Notes: generated by a model from the letters alone, not told the origin. Shown: positions 18,921-28,135, counted from the first letter of the stretch. The stretch: DNA of 64,000 nt from Verrucomicrobiota bacterium (GCA_045046875.1 JASFYY010000022.1:1-64000); one strand, 5' to 3'. Numbers and translations: made by a program.

Positions 18921-19050
18921 TCATTTAACTACACCAGTTATTCATTTCATTGATTACAATAGATTAAATTAAACCTTTACTCTCCCAAAACCTCTAATAT
19001 TGTGACATTCTCACCATTTTCTATCAAAGTATCAAACCCCACCACACATC

Positions 19051-22000
19051 ATGTCACTCAATAGGATTTTTCAGGGGCGCATCTCATCTTTCGCGCTACA
19101 AAATGATCAAGGAGAATTCGACGAGCTCAGCAATTTTGCAGCAGAAACTTCCCCGCTTTTCCAACATCATCGAGTTTTTCAGGATGCCGTGAACTACTAT
19201 TTGCTGGCCATAGTTGCCCTTGCTGACCGTAATAAAGACACTCCCCTGGCACAACTCGCTTCGCGAATGGAAGAGGTATGGTCACCCTTTGTAAAACGAA
19301 ATCACCATTTTTCAGGGCTATTAGCATCGCTGGCGCCTTGGTTGGAACTCGATTCCAAAGCCACGTTGCCGGATGCCTTTAACAAAATTCTCGCCGACAA
19401 CCCGGCGGATAAGGAATTGCTGAATCTAGCAGCTGCATCCCTGCTCCTCGACCTGGGAGGCGACTCGGCCATCCAGCAGGGAGGGAGAACTTATTTCCCG
19501 CTACTTTGCGACCCGAAATCAAGTGCCAACTTCCCGCGCGGTTCTGTTAATCGCTTGAAATCGAAAGGCAAAGCCATTCTCGCATCCATCTTGTGGGCTC
19601 ACGACATCGATAACAAATCCCCGGAACTTGGCAAAAAATTACACTATGATTATTTTGCCAATCCCACTACCGACGGGAAAAAAATCGAAGGAAAATTTGC
19701 CCGAAGAAAACTAACCGAAGCACTGGCACATGAGCATGCAACCCTGGTTCTTCCTCCGCAGCTAAAAATCGAATTGGAACTCAGTATCCAGCAATTACCT
19801 GAAGACTACTCCTTCCCTAATTACACCGGCGGTAGTGTTAATAAAGACGCTCTTAAACGCCGCTTTTTTCTTTATCTTCTCACTGCCCACGTTTCACCAG
19901 ATCCTAAACTTTACCAACGCCTCCGTGACACCTTCCAACAGCCAACGACGCTCGTCAGTGAATACATCCCCAAAGAAGCGGAATTACCCTTCCTCAAACT
20001 CGACGACGATCCGATCAAACTGGCGCGATGTAAACGAGGCTATGTCTTCCCAGCTTTTACCGCACTTCCTCTATGGACTGATGTGAAGGGCCGTCGCGCC
20101 ACGTGGAAAGAGTTCGACATTGCCGCTTTTAAAGAAGCACTTAAAACCATCAACCAATTCAAGGCAAAAACAGCCGAGCGAAAAGCGCGTATGGCAGTCC
20201 TCGCGACTTCCATCGATTACATCAAGGGCGCTACAAGCAAGAAACCTAAAATCACTGACGAAGAAACCGATGAAGTTCCAATTCACACCTTCAAAAAAGA
20301 TGCCCGCTACCCACTTTTGACTAAACTACGGACTGATTTAGGCATCACTGACGAGGAAGAAGAATTCCATGAGCGAGGGATTTCGCGGTCCGGCATACGC
20401 GGCTTTAGAGATATCCGAAAGCAGTGGGATGCCCTGTTCAAAGAAGGTCGACCAAATCCAAGCGAAACATTGCTTGTCGACATTGCTCAGCAATATCAAA
20501 AAGATAACTCCCGAAGCATCGGAGATGCCACGCTCTTTCAAAAACTTGCTCAAGCTGAATTCCACATACTTTGGAGAAATCCCTGTGAGAAAGAAAAAAT
20601 TGAGCGTATTCGCAGCAACCACGCAGTGGATGTTTTTTCCGCCTATATCACCTTGGCTGATTTTGAATCCGAGCTCAAACGCTGTGCCGACCCCATCAAG
20701 TTCACGCCTGCCGATCCGATCCACTCGCGCAGATTATTCATGTTTTCAGACATGACGGGTAGTACCAAAGCCAAGATTGATTTGGAGAAAGGTGAAATCG
20801 CATTGTCAATAGTGTGCCAACAACAAGGCACGTGGCTGACACGCAAAGCTAGACTCACATTCTCAGCCCCCCGCCTCAAACGGGACGGACTCATCGCCCG
20901 ATCAAATGCGCCCTGGCTACCTCCTGTTATGGGTGGACTGGAACTGGATTCCCAATACGCCGTCATGGATAAGATTGCCCTGAGTTACATGCCCACAACC
21001 CGCGCCGACGGGGGCATCACCCATTTGTTGAACTTTCCCGTTACCTTCGATGAAAGCGCACTGCTCGAGGCGATCGGCAAAAAAGCTATCTGGGATGGCA
21101 ACTTCAACGGCACAAAGAACACTAAACTCCACCTGCTGTGGCCGAGTATTAGCGAAGCCAAAGGAAAAAAATCTCTTTCTTGGTGGAAAAATTCAACGGT
21201 CATTGCACAGGGCTTTCAAGTCATGGGGGTTGATCTTGGACAACGTGCAGCCGCCGCATGTTCGATTTTGGATATTCGCTGCGACAACCGTTTCCATAAG
21301 AACCAAAAACCATTCACCTTGGTTGGTAGAACAGACGGTCATGACTGGAAAGCAAGTTTGCGCGCGCAATTCACCCTGAAATTACCTGGCGAGGGAATGT
21401 CCATCCTTGGGGAAAACGGCAAATTTTCCAAGGAACCCGGAGGCAACCGCGGTCGAAAATCGACCGAAAGTGAATGGCAAGAGGCTTGTGCCGCTGCGGC
21501 TGTATTCATTGACGAGCCGTCTTCGTGGCTCGGAAAATCATTTAAGCAACTCACCTACCCTGAACAAAACGACAAGCTTGTAAAAATTCTCCGCCGTTCA
21601 AACAGCCGTTACCGCTCGCTTTTTCGGGCGTCCTGGATGTTAGACACCGATCTGGAAACCGCGCTTGAAATAGTGAAATCATTCCCCTCAGCAACTAATC
21701 TGACGGGCTTGGCTGAGAGTAAAAATATAGGTAAATTAAAAATATCTCTGCAAGAGCAATTAGAAAGCCTTTCTACAGGAGTCATCAATTTTATTGAAAT
21801 AATTGCCAATCGAATCCTGCCTCAACGTGATTACATTTGGGAATGGGCTCCGCATTCAAGCAGTTCGTTTGGCGACGACGGTTGGCATGAATTGAAACGC
21901 AAGCCTTCTAAAATTCACCCAAAAATAAATCCACAGAGACAACGTGGGATTTCCATGGCGCGCATCGAACAACTTGATATTTTTCGTCGAACACTGCTCT

Positions 22001-23127
22001 CATTCAATCGCAGCCAACAAGAAAAATTCGGGGTGAAACCAACATCGGGAGCTGCTCGTCGGGAACAACCCACTCCAGAAGTCTGCCCTGAGATATTGGG
22101 GAAAATCAACAATATAAAAACCCAACGAGTTAACCAAACAGCGCACATGATTCTGGCCCAGGCCCTGGGTGTCAAACTCACCAGCAACAAGACCAGCAAG
22201 GCTGAACGTCGAGATCATGACATTCACGGGGAATACGAAGCCATTACTGGTAGAGCGCCCGTTGATTTTATCGTCCTCGAAGACCTCCGTCGTTACACCA
22301 TGTCCAGCGACCGCCCTCCTTTTGAGAACGGACGCTTGATGAAATGGTGTCACAGCGCAATCACTGATAAAGTGAAGGAACTCTGTGAACCTTACGGAAT
22401 CACTGTTCTGGAAACATTTCCCGCCTATACCTCGAAATTCCATTCTGTTCTGCACTGCGCTGGATTCCGAGCCCGTCAAATCACCCGCACGGATGCATGC
22501 AGTTCCTATGCAATGATGCTGGCAGAGAAAGTCAAACTCACGCCCATCGAAACTCTAAAAAACAGCCTCTTCGCAAAACTCCGGGAAGCAGCTAATAAAA
22601 ATATTTTCATGCCAGGACTATGGCTTCCGGAAAATGGTGGTCCTTATTTCATCGGACTAATGAAAACACAAGATGGATACCGCCCTACACCACCCCATCA
22701 CGCAGACTTAAACGCATCAGTGAATATTGCTCTCAACGCTATAGCAGCGCCCGATTCAACTCACCTCTTACGCAAAATACGTGCCGAACACAAAGCAGGA
22801 AAGCCCGTCCTAGTTAAATCGAATAAACGGGAAAAAGCCGCCTTTGGGAATAACCCTGACATCACATTCGCTACTAAACCTGAAGCCGCGTTTATTGCAA
22901 AAAACCGTTTTAATATTTTTGCCGACATGGGCAAGCTAGCAACCTTTGACTCCATCACCATCGAAGGAATAACAGAGCCCCTAGCAACTGCACGAGGCTT
23001 GTTCAAAGCCGTAAAAAACGAGAAATGGGCCGTCTGTGAAGGACTCAATCACAACATCCTGAAAAATGCCGGATTGGCACCAAACAGTTTACATATAGAT
23101 CCCGACGACGATCAAATCCCCATGTGA
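19051..23127 (+). CDS. cas12b: Type V-B CRISPR effector Cas12b (C2c1), 1358 aa, long Opitutaceae-like form
   Basis: MSLNRIFQGR N-terminus and DDDQIPM C-terminus resemble Opitutaceae C2c1 as recalled; RuvC-I GVDLGQR, RuvC-II IVLEDL, RuvC-III HADLNASVNI; next to cas4/1, cas2 and the array. Confidence 0.92.
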   Translation: MSLNRIFQGRISSFALQNDQGEFDELSNFAAETSPLFQHHRVFQDAVNYYLLAIVALADRNKDTPLAQLASRMEEVWSPFVKRNHHFSGLLASLAPWLELDSKATLPDAFNKILADNPADKELLNLAAASLLLDLGGDSAIQQGGRTYFPLLCDPKSSANFPRGSVNRLKSKGKAILASILWAHDIDNKSPELGKKLHYDYFANPTTDGKKIEGKFARRKLTEALAHEHATLVLPPQLKIELELSIQQLPEDYSFPNYTGGSVNKDALKRRFFLYLLTAHVSPDPKLYQRLRDTFQQPTTLVSEYIPKEAELPFLKLDDDPIKLARCKRGYVFPAFTALPLWTDVKGRRATWKEFDIAAFKEALKTINQFKAKTAERKARMAVLATSIDYIKGATSKKPKITDEETDEVPIHTFKKDARYPLLTKLRTDLGITDEEEEFHERGISRSGIRGFRDIRKQWDALFKEGRPNPSETLLVDIAQQYQKDNSRSIGDATLFQKLAQAEFHILWRNPCEKEKIERIRSNHAVDVFSAYITLADFESELKRCADPIKFTPADPIHSRRLFMFSDMTGSTKAKIDLEKGEIALSIVCQQQGTWLTRKARLTFSAPRLKRDGLIARSNAPWLPPVMGGLELDSQYAVMDKIALSYMPTTRADGGITHLLNFPVTFDESALLEAIGKKAIWDGNFNGTKNTKLHLLWPSISEAKGKKSLSWWKNSTVIAQGFQVMGVDLGQRAAAACSILDIRCDNRFHKNQKPFTLVGRTDGHDWKASLRAQFTLKLPGEGMSILGENGKFSKEPGGNRGRKSTESEWQEACAAAAVFIDEPSSWLGKSFKQLTYPEQNDKLVKILRRSNSRYRSLFRASWMLDTDLETALEIVKSFPSATNLTGLAESKNIGKLKISLQEQLESLSTGVINFIEIIANRILPQRDYIWEWAPHSSSSFGDDGWHELKRKPSKIHPKINPQRQRGISMARIEQLDIFRRTLLSFNRSQQEKFGVKPTSGAARREQPTPEVCPEILGKINNIKTQRVNQTAHMILAQALGVKLTSNKTSKAERRDHDIHGEYEAITGRAPVDFIVLEDLRRYTMSSDRPPFENGRLMKWCHSAITDKVKELCEPYGITVLETFPAYTSKFHSVLHCAGFRARQITRTDACSSYAMMLAEKVKLTPIETLKNSLFAKLREAANKNIFMPGLWLPENGGPYFIGLMKTQDGYRPTPPHHADLNASVNIALNAIAAPDSTHLLRKIRAEHKAGKPVLVKSNKREKAAFGNNPDITFATKPEAAFIAKNRFNIFADMGKLATFDSITIEGITEPLATARGLFKAVKNEKWAVCEGLNHNILKNAGLAPNSLHIDPDDDQIPM

Positions 23128-23139
23128 AACACAAACAAC

Positions 23140-24798
23140 ATGACCGAACAACCCCTCATCCCCGTTCGTCGCCTACACAACTACGCCTACTGCCCCCGCC
23201 TTTTTTATTATCAGTGGGTGGAAAACCTCTTTGTTGAAAATGCTGATACCATTGCAGGAAAGTCTGTTCATCGCAACGTCGATAGACCCAGTTCTTGGAA
23301 AGACGACCTCGACCTCTCCGAACGCGCATCCCTACGCTCGCTTCATTTATCCAGTGAAAGCCTTGGCATCGTAGGGGTCATTGATCTGATTGAAGATACC
23401 GACTCTGGTCATGAGTTACTTGACTATAAAAAAGGTGCCTCACGTAAAGACGAGAACGGCTCGCGAATTCCTAAAGAAAATGACGCCCTACAAATAGCAG
23501 CTTATGCCTTATTACTCCGAGAGCACGGCATGGCTCCATCCAAGGCCTCCATTTATTATGCCCAAGAGCGTCGTCGTGTTCCTGTAGAATTGATCAAACA
23601 ACTTTATGAACAATGCCAACAACTCATTAAGGCAGCACAACAAACAGCGGGATCAGGCAAATGTCCTCCACCGCTCCACAACGATCCACGTTGCCTTCAT
23701 TGCTCCGCCTACTGCATTTGCCTGCCCAATGAATCAGCATTTTGGGGAGGAACCCTAGAATCGCCTCTCACGGAAAAAGAACCTCCTCGCCCACCTGGAG
23801 ACGAAGGCGAAATCCTTATTGTGCAAGAACCTCGAGCCTACGTGGGTAAAAAAGCAGGCGAAATCACTGTGAAACTTGAAAAAAAAGTAATTTCCAAACA
23901 TCCCATCGAACAGCTTCAAGCCGTTTACCTTTACGGAGGGATACAGGTCAGCACTCAAGCTCTACATTCCTTGTTAGAGAAAAACATCCCCGTTGCTTAT
24001 TTTTCACCTGCCGGAAGGTTTTTGGGGCTAACTGCTGGACTCCCTACATCAGGGATAGATGCGCGGCTTGGTCAAGCCCGCCTATTTAACTCACTCGAAC
24101 ATCGCCTAGCACTAGCACGAGAAATAATCAGAGCTAAAATAAACAACCAGCGAGTGCTACTCATGCGTAACGGGCAAGCCCCCGACCTTGCGCTCAAACA
24201 ACTCGCGACCTTGCGCGACAAAACGATACACGCTTCCGACCTCGATGAACTACGCGGATTAGAAGGAAATGCTGCCGCTCATTATTTTTGCCATTTTGGG
24301 ACAATGCTAAAAGGCTCCGCCTTTGAGAATTTTGATTTTGAAGGGCGCAATCGTCGGCCACCCCGAGATCCTATCAATTCGCTACTCTCCCAAGGTTACT
24401 CTATCCTCTCCAAAGAACTCACAGGTATGTGCCATGCCGTAGGCCTTGATCCCTTTATCGGCTTTTTCCACCAACCACGCTACGGTCGCCCCGCCCTAGC
24501 TCTGGATCTCATGGAAGAATTCCGTCCTCTCATTGCGGATTCCGTTGTTATTTCTCTACTCAACCGCCGCGAACTTGAGCCTAATGATTTCACTCAAACT
24601 TCACGCGGCACCTTTCTCACAAACGAAGGTCGGCGGCAATTTTGGCGTGCCTGGTTTCGCCGCATGGATACAGAGGTCAAGCACCCCCAATTTGGTTACC
24701 GCATGACTTACCGCCGGATGCTTGACGTGCAAACTCGGCAACTCTGGCGCTACCTCCGTGGAGAGACCGAAACCTACCATGGGTTCACCACCCGCTGA
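23140..24798 (+). CDS. cas1: Cas4-Cas1 fusion
   Basis: Cas4: YCPR, GVIDL..DYKKG, QIAAY, CLHC...C. Cas1: GLEGNAA, RNRRPPRDPINSLLS, GFFH, LDLMEEFR. Confidence 0.96.
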   Translation: MTEQPLIPVRRLHNYAYCPRLFYYQWVENLFVENADTIAGKSVHRNVDRPSSWKDDLDLSERASLRSLHLSSESLGIVGVIDLIEDTDSGHELLDYKKGASRKDENGSRIPKENDALQIAAYALLLREHGMAPSKASIYYAQERRRVPVELIKQLYEQCQQLIKAAQQTAGSGKCPPPLHNDPRCLHCSAYCICLPNESAFWGGTLESPLTEKEPPRPPGDEGEILIVQEPRAYVGKKAGEITVKLEKKVISKHPIEQLQAVYLYGGIQVSTQALHSLLEKNIPVAYFSPAGRFLGLTAGLPTSGIDARLGQARLFNSLEHRLALAREIIRAKINNQRVLLMRNGQAPDLALKQLATLRDKTIHASDLDELRGLEGNAAAHYFCHFGTMLKGSAFENFDFEGRNRRPPRDPINSLLSQGYSILSKELTGMCHAVGLDPFIGFFHQPRYGRPALALDLMEEFRPLIADSVVISLLNRRELEPNDFTQTSRGTFLTNEGRRQFWRAWFRRMDTEVKHPQFGYRMTYRRMLDVQTRQLWRYLRGETETYHGFTTR

Positions 24799-24816
24799 TA
24801 TTAACATATTTTTCTC

Positions 24817-25101
24817 ATGGCTAGAACTCGCTACCTCGTTTCTTACGACATCTCTGATCCAAAGCGACTGCGGCACGTCGCCAAAACTTGCGAATCATTT
24901 GGTACGCGTATTCAATATTCCGTTTTTGAATGCCCTTTAGATGACCTACGTCTAGAAAAACTGAAACACGCTTTGCTAACAACTATCAATCACGATGAGG
25001 ACCAGGTTCTATTCATCTCACTAGGCCCAGAGCACTCCCCTTTTCGCATCGTAGCACTTGGACAGCCTTACACCGAGCGCTCTCGAGTCACTATTATTTG
25101 A
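24817..25101 (+). CDS. cas2: CRISPR-associated endoribonuclease Cas2
   Basis: YLVSYDISDPKRL..V.K...FG.RIQYSVFEC. Confidence 0.97.
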   Translation: MARTRYLVSYDISDPKRLRHVAKTCESFGTRIQYSVFECPLDDLRLEKLKHALLTTINHDEDQVLFISLGPEHSPFRIVALGQPYTERSRVTII

Positions 25102-25109
25102 GTTTCCTC

Positions 25110-25138
25110 TTGCCAAAAAGTTAACAAACCTTTATTTT
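25110..25138 (+). promoter_or_regulatory. Sigma70-like promoter for the tracrRNA
   Basis: TTGCCA-N17-TATTTT immediately upstream of the predicted tracrRNA. Confidence 0.5.
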
Positions 25139-25140
25139 GC

Positions 25141-25205
25141 AGTTAGCTACGTGCTACTTTTCGCGAACCACCGCCTTCGGTTTCGCCAAGCTTGTTCTTT
25201 AACAT
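25141..25205 (+). ncRNA. Predicted tracrRNA (split anti-repeat); ends approximate
   Basis: CCGCCT (25171-25176) complementary to repeat 3' AGGCGG; CAAGCT-tgt-TCTTTAA (25187-25202) complementary to repeat TTAAAGAAGCTTG; enclosing stem GCGAACC/GGTTTCGC; 5' hairpin; lies between cas2 and the array as in V-B loci. Confidence 0.75.
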
Positions 25206-25408
25206 TACAGTAAATAAAATCTTTAAGGTCTTTTTGTGTGCGAGCACGTAAATGCCAACAGGTCTCCTAGATGCACGCTCGCACACCTGATAAATGCGAG
25301 CTAAATCTCTTACATTCTGTGAAAACTGATTCTAGAGGTTGTGAAATTTTGTTGCGCTCGCAAAGCTACCTTGGAGGCCAAGTATCATCTTGCCAAACAA
25401 AGGGCGCA
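25206..25408 (+). promoter_or_regulatory. CRISPR leader with two inverted TGCGAGC/GCTCGCA motif pairs
   Basis: Non-coding, directly before the first repeat; GTGTGCGAGC 25236/GCTCGCACAC 25277; TGCGAGC 25295/GCTCGCA 25356. Confidence 0.7.
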
Positions 25409-27320
25409 GGTTCATCCGCTAGGATTTAAAGAAGCTTGAGGCGGTAGGGCGTCCAGGGCCTCTGAGGTATCAGGGGCGGGTTCATCCGCTAGGATTTAAA
25501 GAAGCTTGAGGCGGCCCTTCATAGGTGGTGGTGAACGTGGAGCATCGTGGGTTCATCCGCTAGGATTTAAAGAAGCTTGAGGCGGCTGGCGACCGTGGGC
25601 ACGGACTCGTTGAGGTGGGGTTCATCCGCTAGGATTTAAAGAAGCTTGAGGCGGTTTCAAGGTGAATTGAGCCCTCCTGGTGGGCACTGGTTCATCCGCT
25701 AGGATTTAAAGAAGCTTGAGGCGGATAGCCACCCAGGATGGACGAGGAGGCAATAGGGTAGGGTTCATCCGCTAGGATTTAAAGAAGCTTGAGGCGGAGA
25801 AAATGAGTTGCCGGAAAGCGTGCAGATTGCGGGGTTCATCCGCTAGGATTTAAAGAAGCTTGAGGCGGCGTATACATATCGCAATCAGATTCCCGTAGTT
25901 CGGGTTCATCCGCTAGGATTTAAAGAAGCTTGAGGCGGTGGAGGCTGCGTCGGCTACGGTGACTCGGTTTTTGGTTCATCCGCTAGGATTTAAAGAAGCT
26001 TGAGGCGGAGTAGGAGGCTTCTCAGCAAGAGCCGTTGCCGCAGGGTTCATCCGCTAGGATTTAAAGAAGCTTGAGGCGGTCCTAATCTCACGCCCGAGGA
26101 AATTTTTAAAAGCGGTTCATCCGCTAGGATTTAAAGAAGCTTGAGGCGGCCGAAACTTATCGGTCGATTATATCTGACAATGTGGTTCATCCGCTAGGAT
26201 TTAAAGAAGCTTGAGGCGGAATCAAACTATCCCTTAATTGGTGCTCGTCCATAGGTTCATCCGCTAGGATTTAAAGAAGCTTGAGGCGGTTTACTCATAA
26301 GCATTTGTCCGCGAGCGTGTAAAAGGTTCATCCGCTAGGATTTAAAGAAGCTTGAGGCGGTCAGCTTCAGGTGGATATACTGGAGAACCCGTGGTGGTTC
26401 ATCCGCTAGGATTTAAAGAAGCTTGAGGCGGTCATCCATGGCTTTTAATACAGCGTCTCTTATCCGGTTCATCCGCTAGGATTTAAAGAAGCTTGAGGCG
26501 GTCATCGGAGACATTTACAAAGCTGCCGAGATTGTGGTTCATCCGCTAGGATTTAAAGAAGCTTGAGGCGGATGGATGAAGAAATAGGCAAATGCGATTA
26601 CTTGGGGTTCATCCGCTAGGATTTAAAGAAGCTTGAGGCGGCTTCGTCAGGGTGAACGTATGCAGATTGTGGTCTGGGTTCATCCGCTAGGATTTAAAGA
26701 AGCTTGAGGCGGCGAGAAACCTACAGGGGGCAACGCTCGAATTTGAGGTTCATCCGCTAGGATTTAAAGAAGCTTGAGGCGGTCAACTTCACACTCTCCT
26801 TTTTTCGCGGGTGCTTGGTTCATCCGCTAGGATTTAAAGAAGCTTGAGGCGGTAAGGAAATTGAAATGTTTGTTCTCATTTAATAAAGGTTCATCCGCTA
26901 GGATTTAAAGAAGCTTGAGGCGGGCCGTCGGCAGCAATGTAGGGCTCATTCGTAGCTGGTTCATCCGCTAGGATTTAAAGAAGCTTGAGGCGGGCTAGAT
27001 TGCGGGAACTTTTCGCTAATCAAAAAAGGTTCATCCGCTAGGATTTAAAGAAGCTTGAGGCGGAGATGAAAGAACTAATGGAGGGGCTGAAATGAGTGGT
27101 TCATCCGCTAGGATTTAAAGAAGCTTGAGGCGGAAGGCACAATTTTCATGATGGAACTAAAAGCACAAGGTTCATCCGCTAGGATTTAAAGAAGCTTGAG
27201 GCGGCTTAAATTATCGGTTCCTGTGTTGATCTCAGTAAGGTTCATCCGCTAGGATTTAAAGAAGCTTGAGGCGGCCGTTCCAAACGATGCAGATGCGTCT
27301 GGCTGCTCGGTTCATCCTCT
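25409..27320 (+). CRISPR. Type V-B CRISPR array: 27 identical 36-nt repeats GGTTCATCCGCTAGGATTTAAAGAAGCTTGAGGCGG (25409-27274), 27 spacers of 33-37 nt, truncated terminal repeat at 27309
   Basis: Counted directly; orientation from the leader side, the degenerate distal repeat (GGTTCATCCTCT) and the tracr anti-repeat. Confidence 0.98.
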
Positions 27321-27517
27321 CGACCGACCAAGTAAACGACCTAGTAACCGTCCAAGTAAAAAAACTTCTCCGAATACTGTGCCCACTAGGAAAATCTACT
27401 ACCGAAGATCTCATGCCGGTTTTAAAACTCAAGCACCGCTCCACTTTTTGCAACAACTACTTGTGCCCAGCGATGGATCAAAATCTCGTCACCATGACCC
27501 AGCCCAATTCCCCAACA
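27318..27517 (+). pseudogene. Fragment of a Fic-associated C-terminal HTH domain
   Basis: STDQVNDLVTVQVKKLL...LKLKHRSTFCNNYLCPAM...VTMTQPNSPT; no start of its own; begins inside the truncated CRISPR repeat. Confidence 0.6.
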
Positions 27518-27520
27518 GCC

Positions 27521-27748
27521 CTGCTCAACCACCTTCATAGATTCCTCCCACTGCTCCCTTTCCTCATCAGACTCAAAAGGCATACAGCCTGCAAATTTTT
27601 CCAAGCCATTGCTCTTTTTTTCATCCACCCCCAAGCCTCTCGCCAGAGCATCCACCAACACCTGATTTATTGAAACCCCCAGATCCTTTGCCTCGGCTTT
27701 CGCCCGCTTGATCCACTCATCCTCCACCCGTCTGATCGTTACCTGACT
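27521..27748 (-). pseudogene. Degenerate ribbon-helix-helix (FitA-like) antitoxin
   Basis: SQVTIRRVEDEWIKRAKAEAKDLGVSINQVLVDALARGLG...LEKFAG; no in-frame ATG; 3' end runs into the Fic fragment; no toxin partner. Confidence 0.55.
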
Positions 27749-27809
27749 TGTGCATACATTTTAATGTGAACACTGCATGGAATCAAACAACTCGTTTTCA
27801 GCGTCTAAA

Positions 27810-27842
27810 ATCGCCCCCTTCACGGGGGGCGCGGATTGAAAC
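27810..27842 (+). CRISPR. Solo type I-C-like CRISPR repeat
   Basis: ATCGCCCCCTTCACGGGGGGCGCGGATTGAAAC: GC hairpin plus GGATTGAAAC 3' end typical of I-C repeats; single copy. Confidence 0.75.
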
Positions 27843-27919
27843 CTCGTCTAAATCCTTACCCGCTCGCTCTAGTAAAACCAAATAGCTTTACATATCATAT
27901 TAAGCACCATAAAGTTAAT

Positions 27920-28135
27920 ATGATGGACATTTCTACTTTATCCCCCAAATATCAAACCGTCATACCAAAGAAGATTCGTAAAGAGATGAATCTCCAACCG
28001 GGACAACAACTTCAATTCACTGTCAAAGACGGCCGCATTGAAATCCAACCCATCCTCTCTGGCCAAGAGCTCATCGGATACCTCAAAGAAACCAAACCAC
28101 TTGAATTTAATCGCGATGCTGACCGCAAACTTTAG
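27920..28135 (+). CDS. AbrB/MazE-type antitoxin
   Basis: TLSPKYQTVIPKKIRKEMNLQPGQQLQF...GRIEIQP. Confidence 0.85.
   Translation: MMDISTLSPKYQTVIPKKIRKEMNLQPGQQLQFTVKDGRIEIQPILSGQELIGYLKETKPLEFNRDADRKL

Noticed and set aside
19001..19015. CRP-like site TGTGA-N5-TCACC upstream of cas12b
   Set aside because: Wrong spacing and an imperfect half-site
25798..26676. Spacers 6 and 18 share TGCAGATTG.GG
   Set aside because: Too short to distinguish from chance
25445..27308. Self-targeting array spacers within the window
   Set aside because: None noticed by eye; not exhaustively searched
19051..27320. CRISPR-associated transposon (type V-K) or nuclease-dead effector
   Set aside because: RuvC catalytic residues are intact, the protein is far larger than Cas12k, and no tnsB/tnsC/tniQ is present
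27256..27673. ORF-track ORFs 27266-27673 (+) and 27256-27456 (-) as genes
   Set aside because: They start or end inside CRISPR repeats and are chimeras of pseudogene fragments
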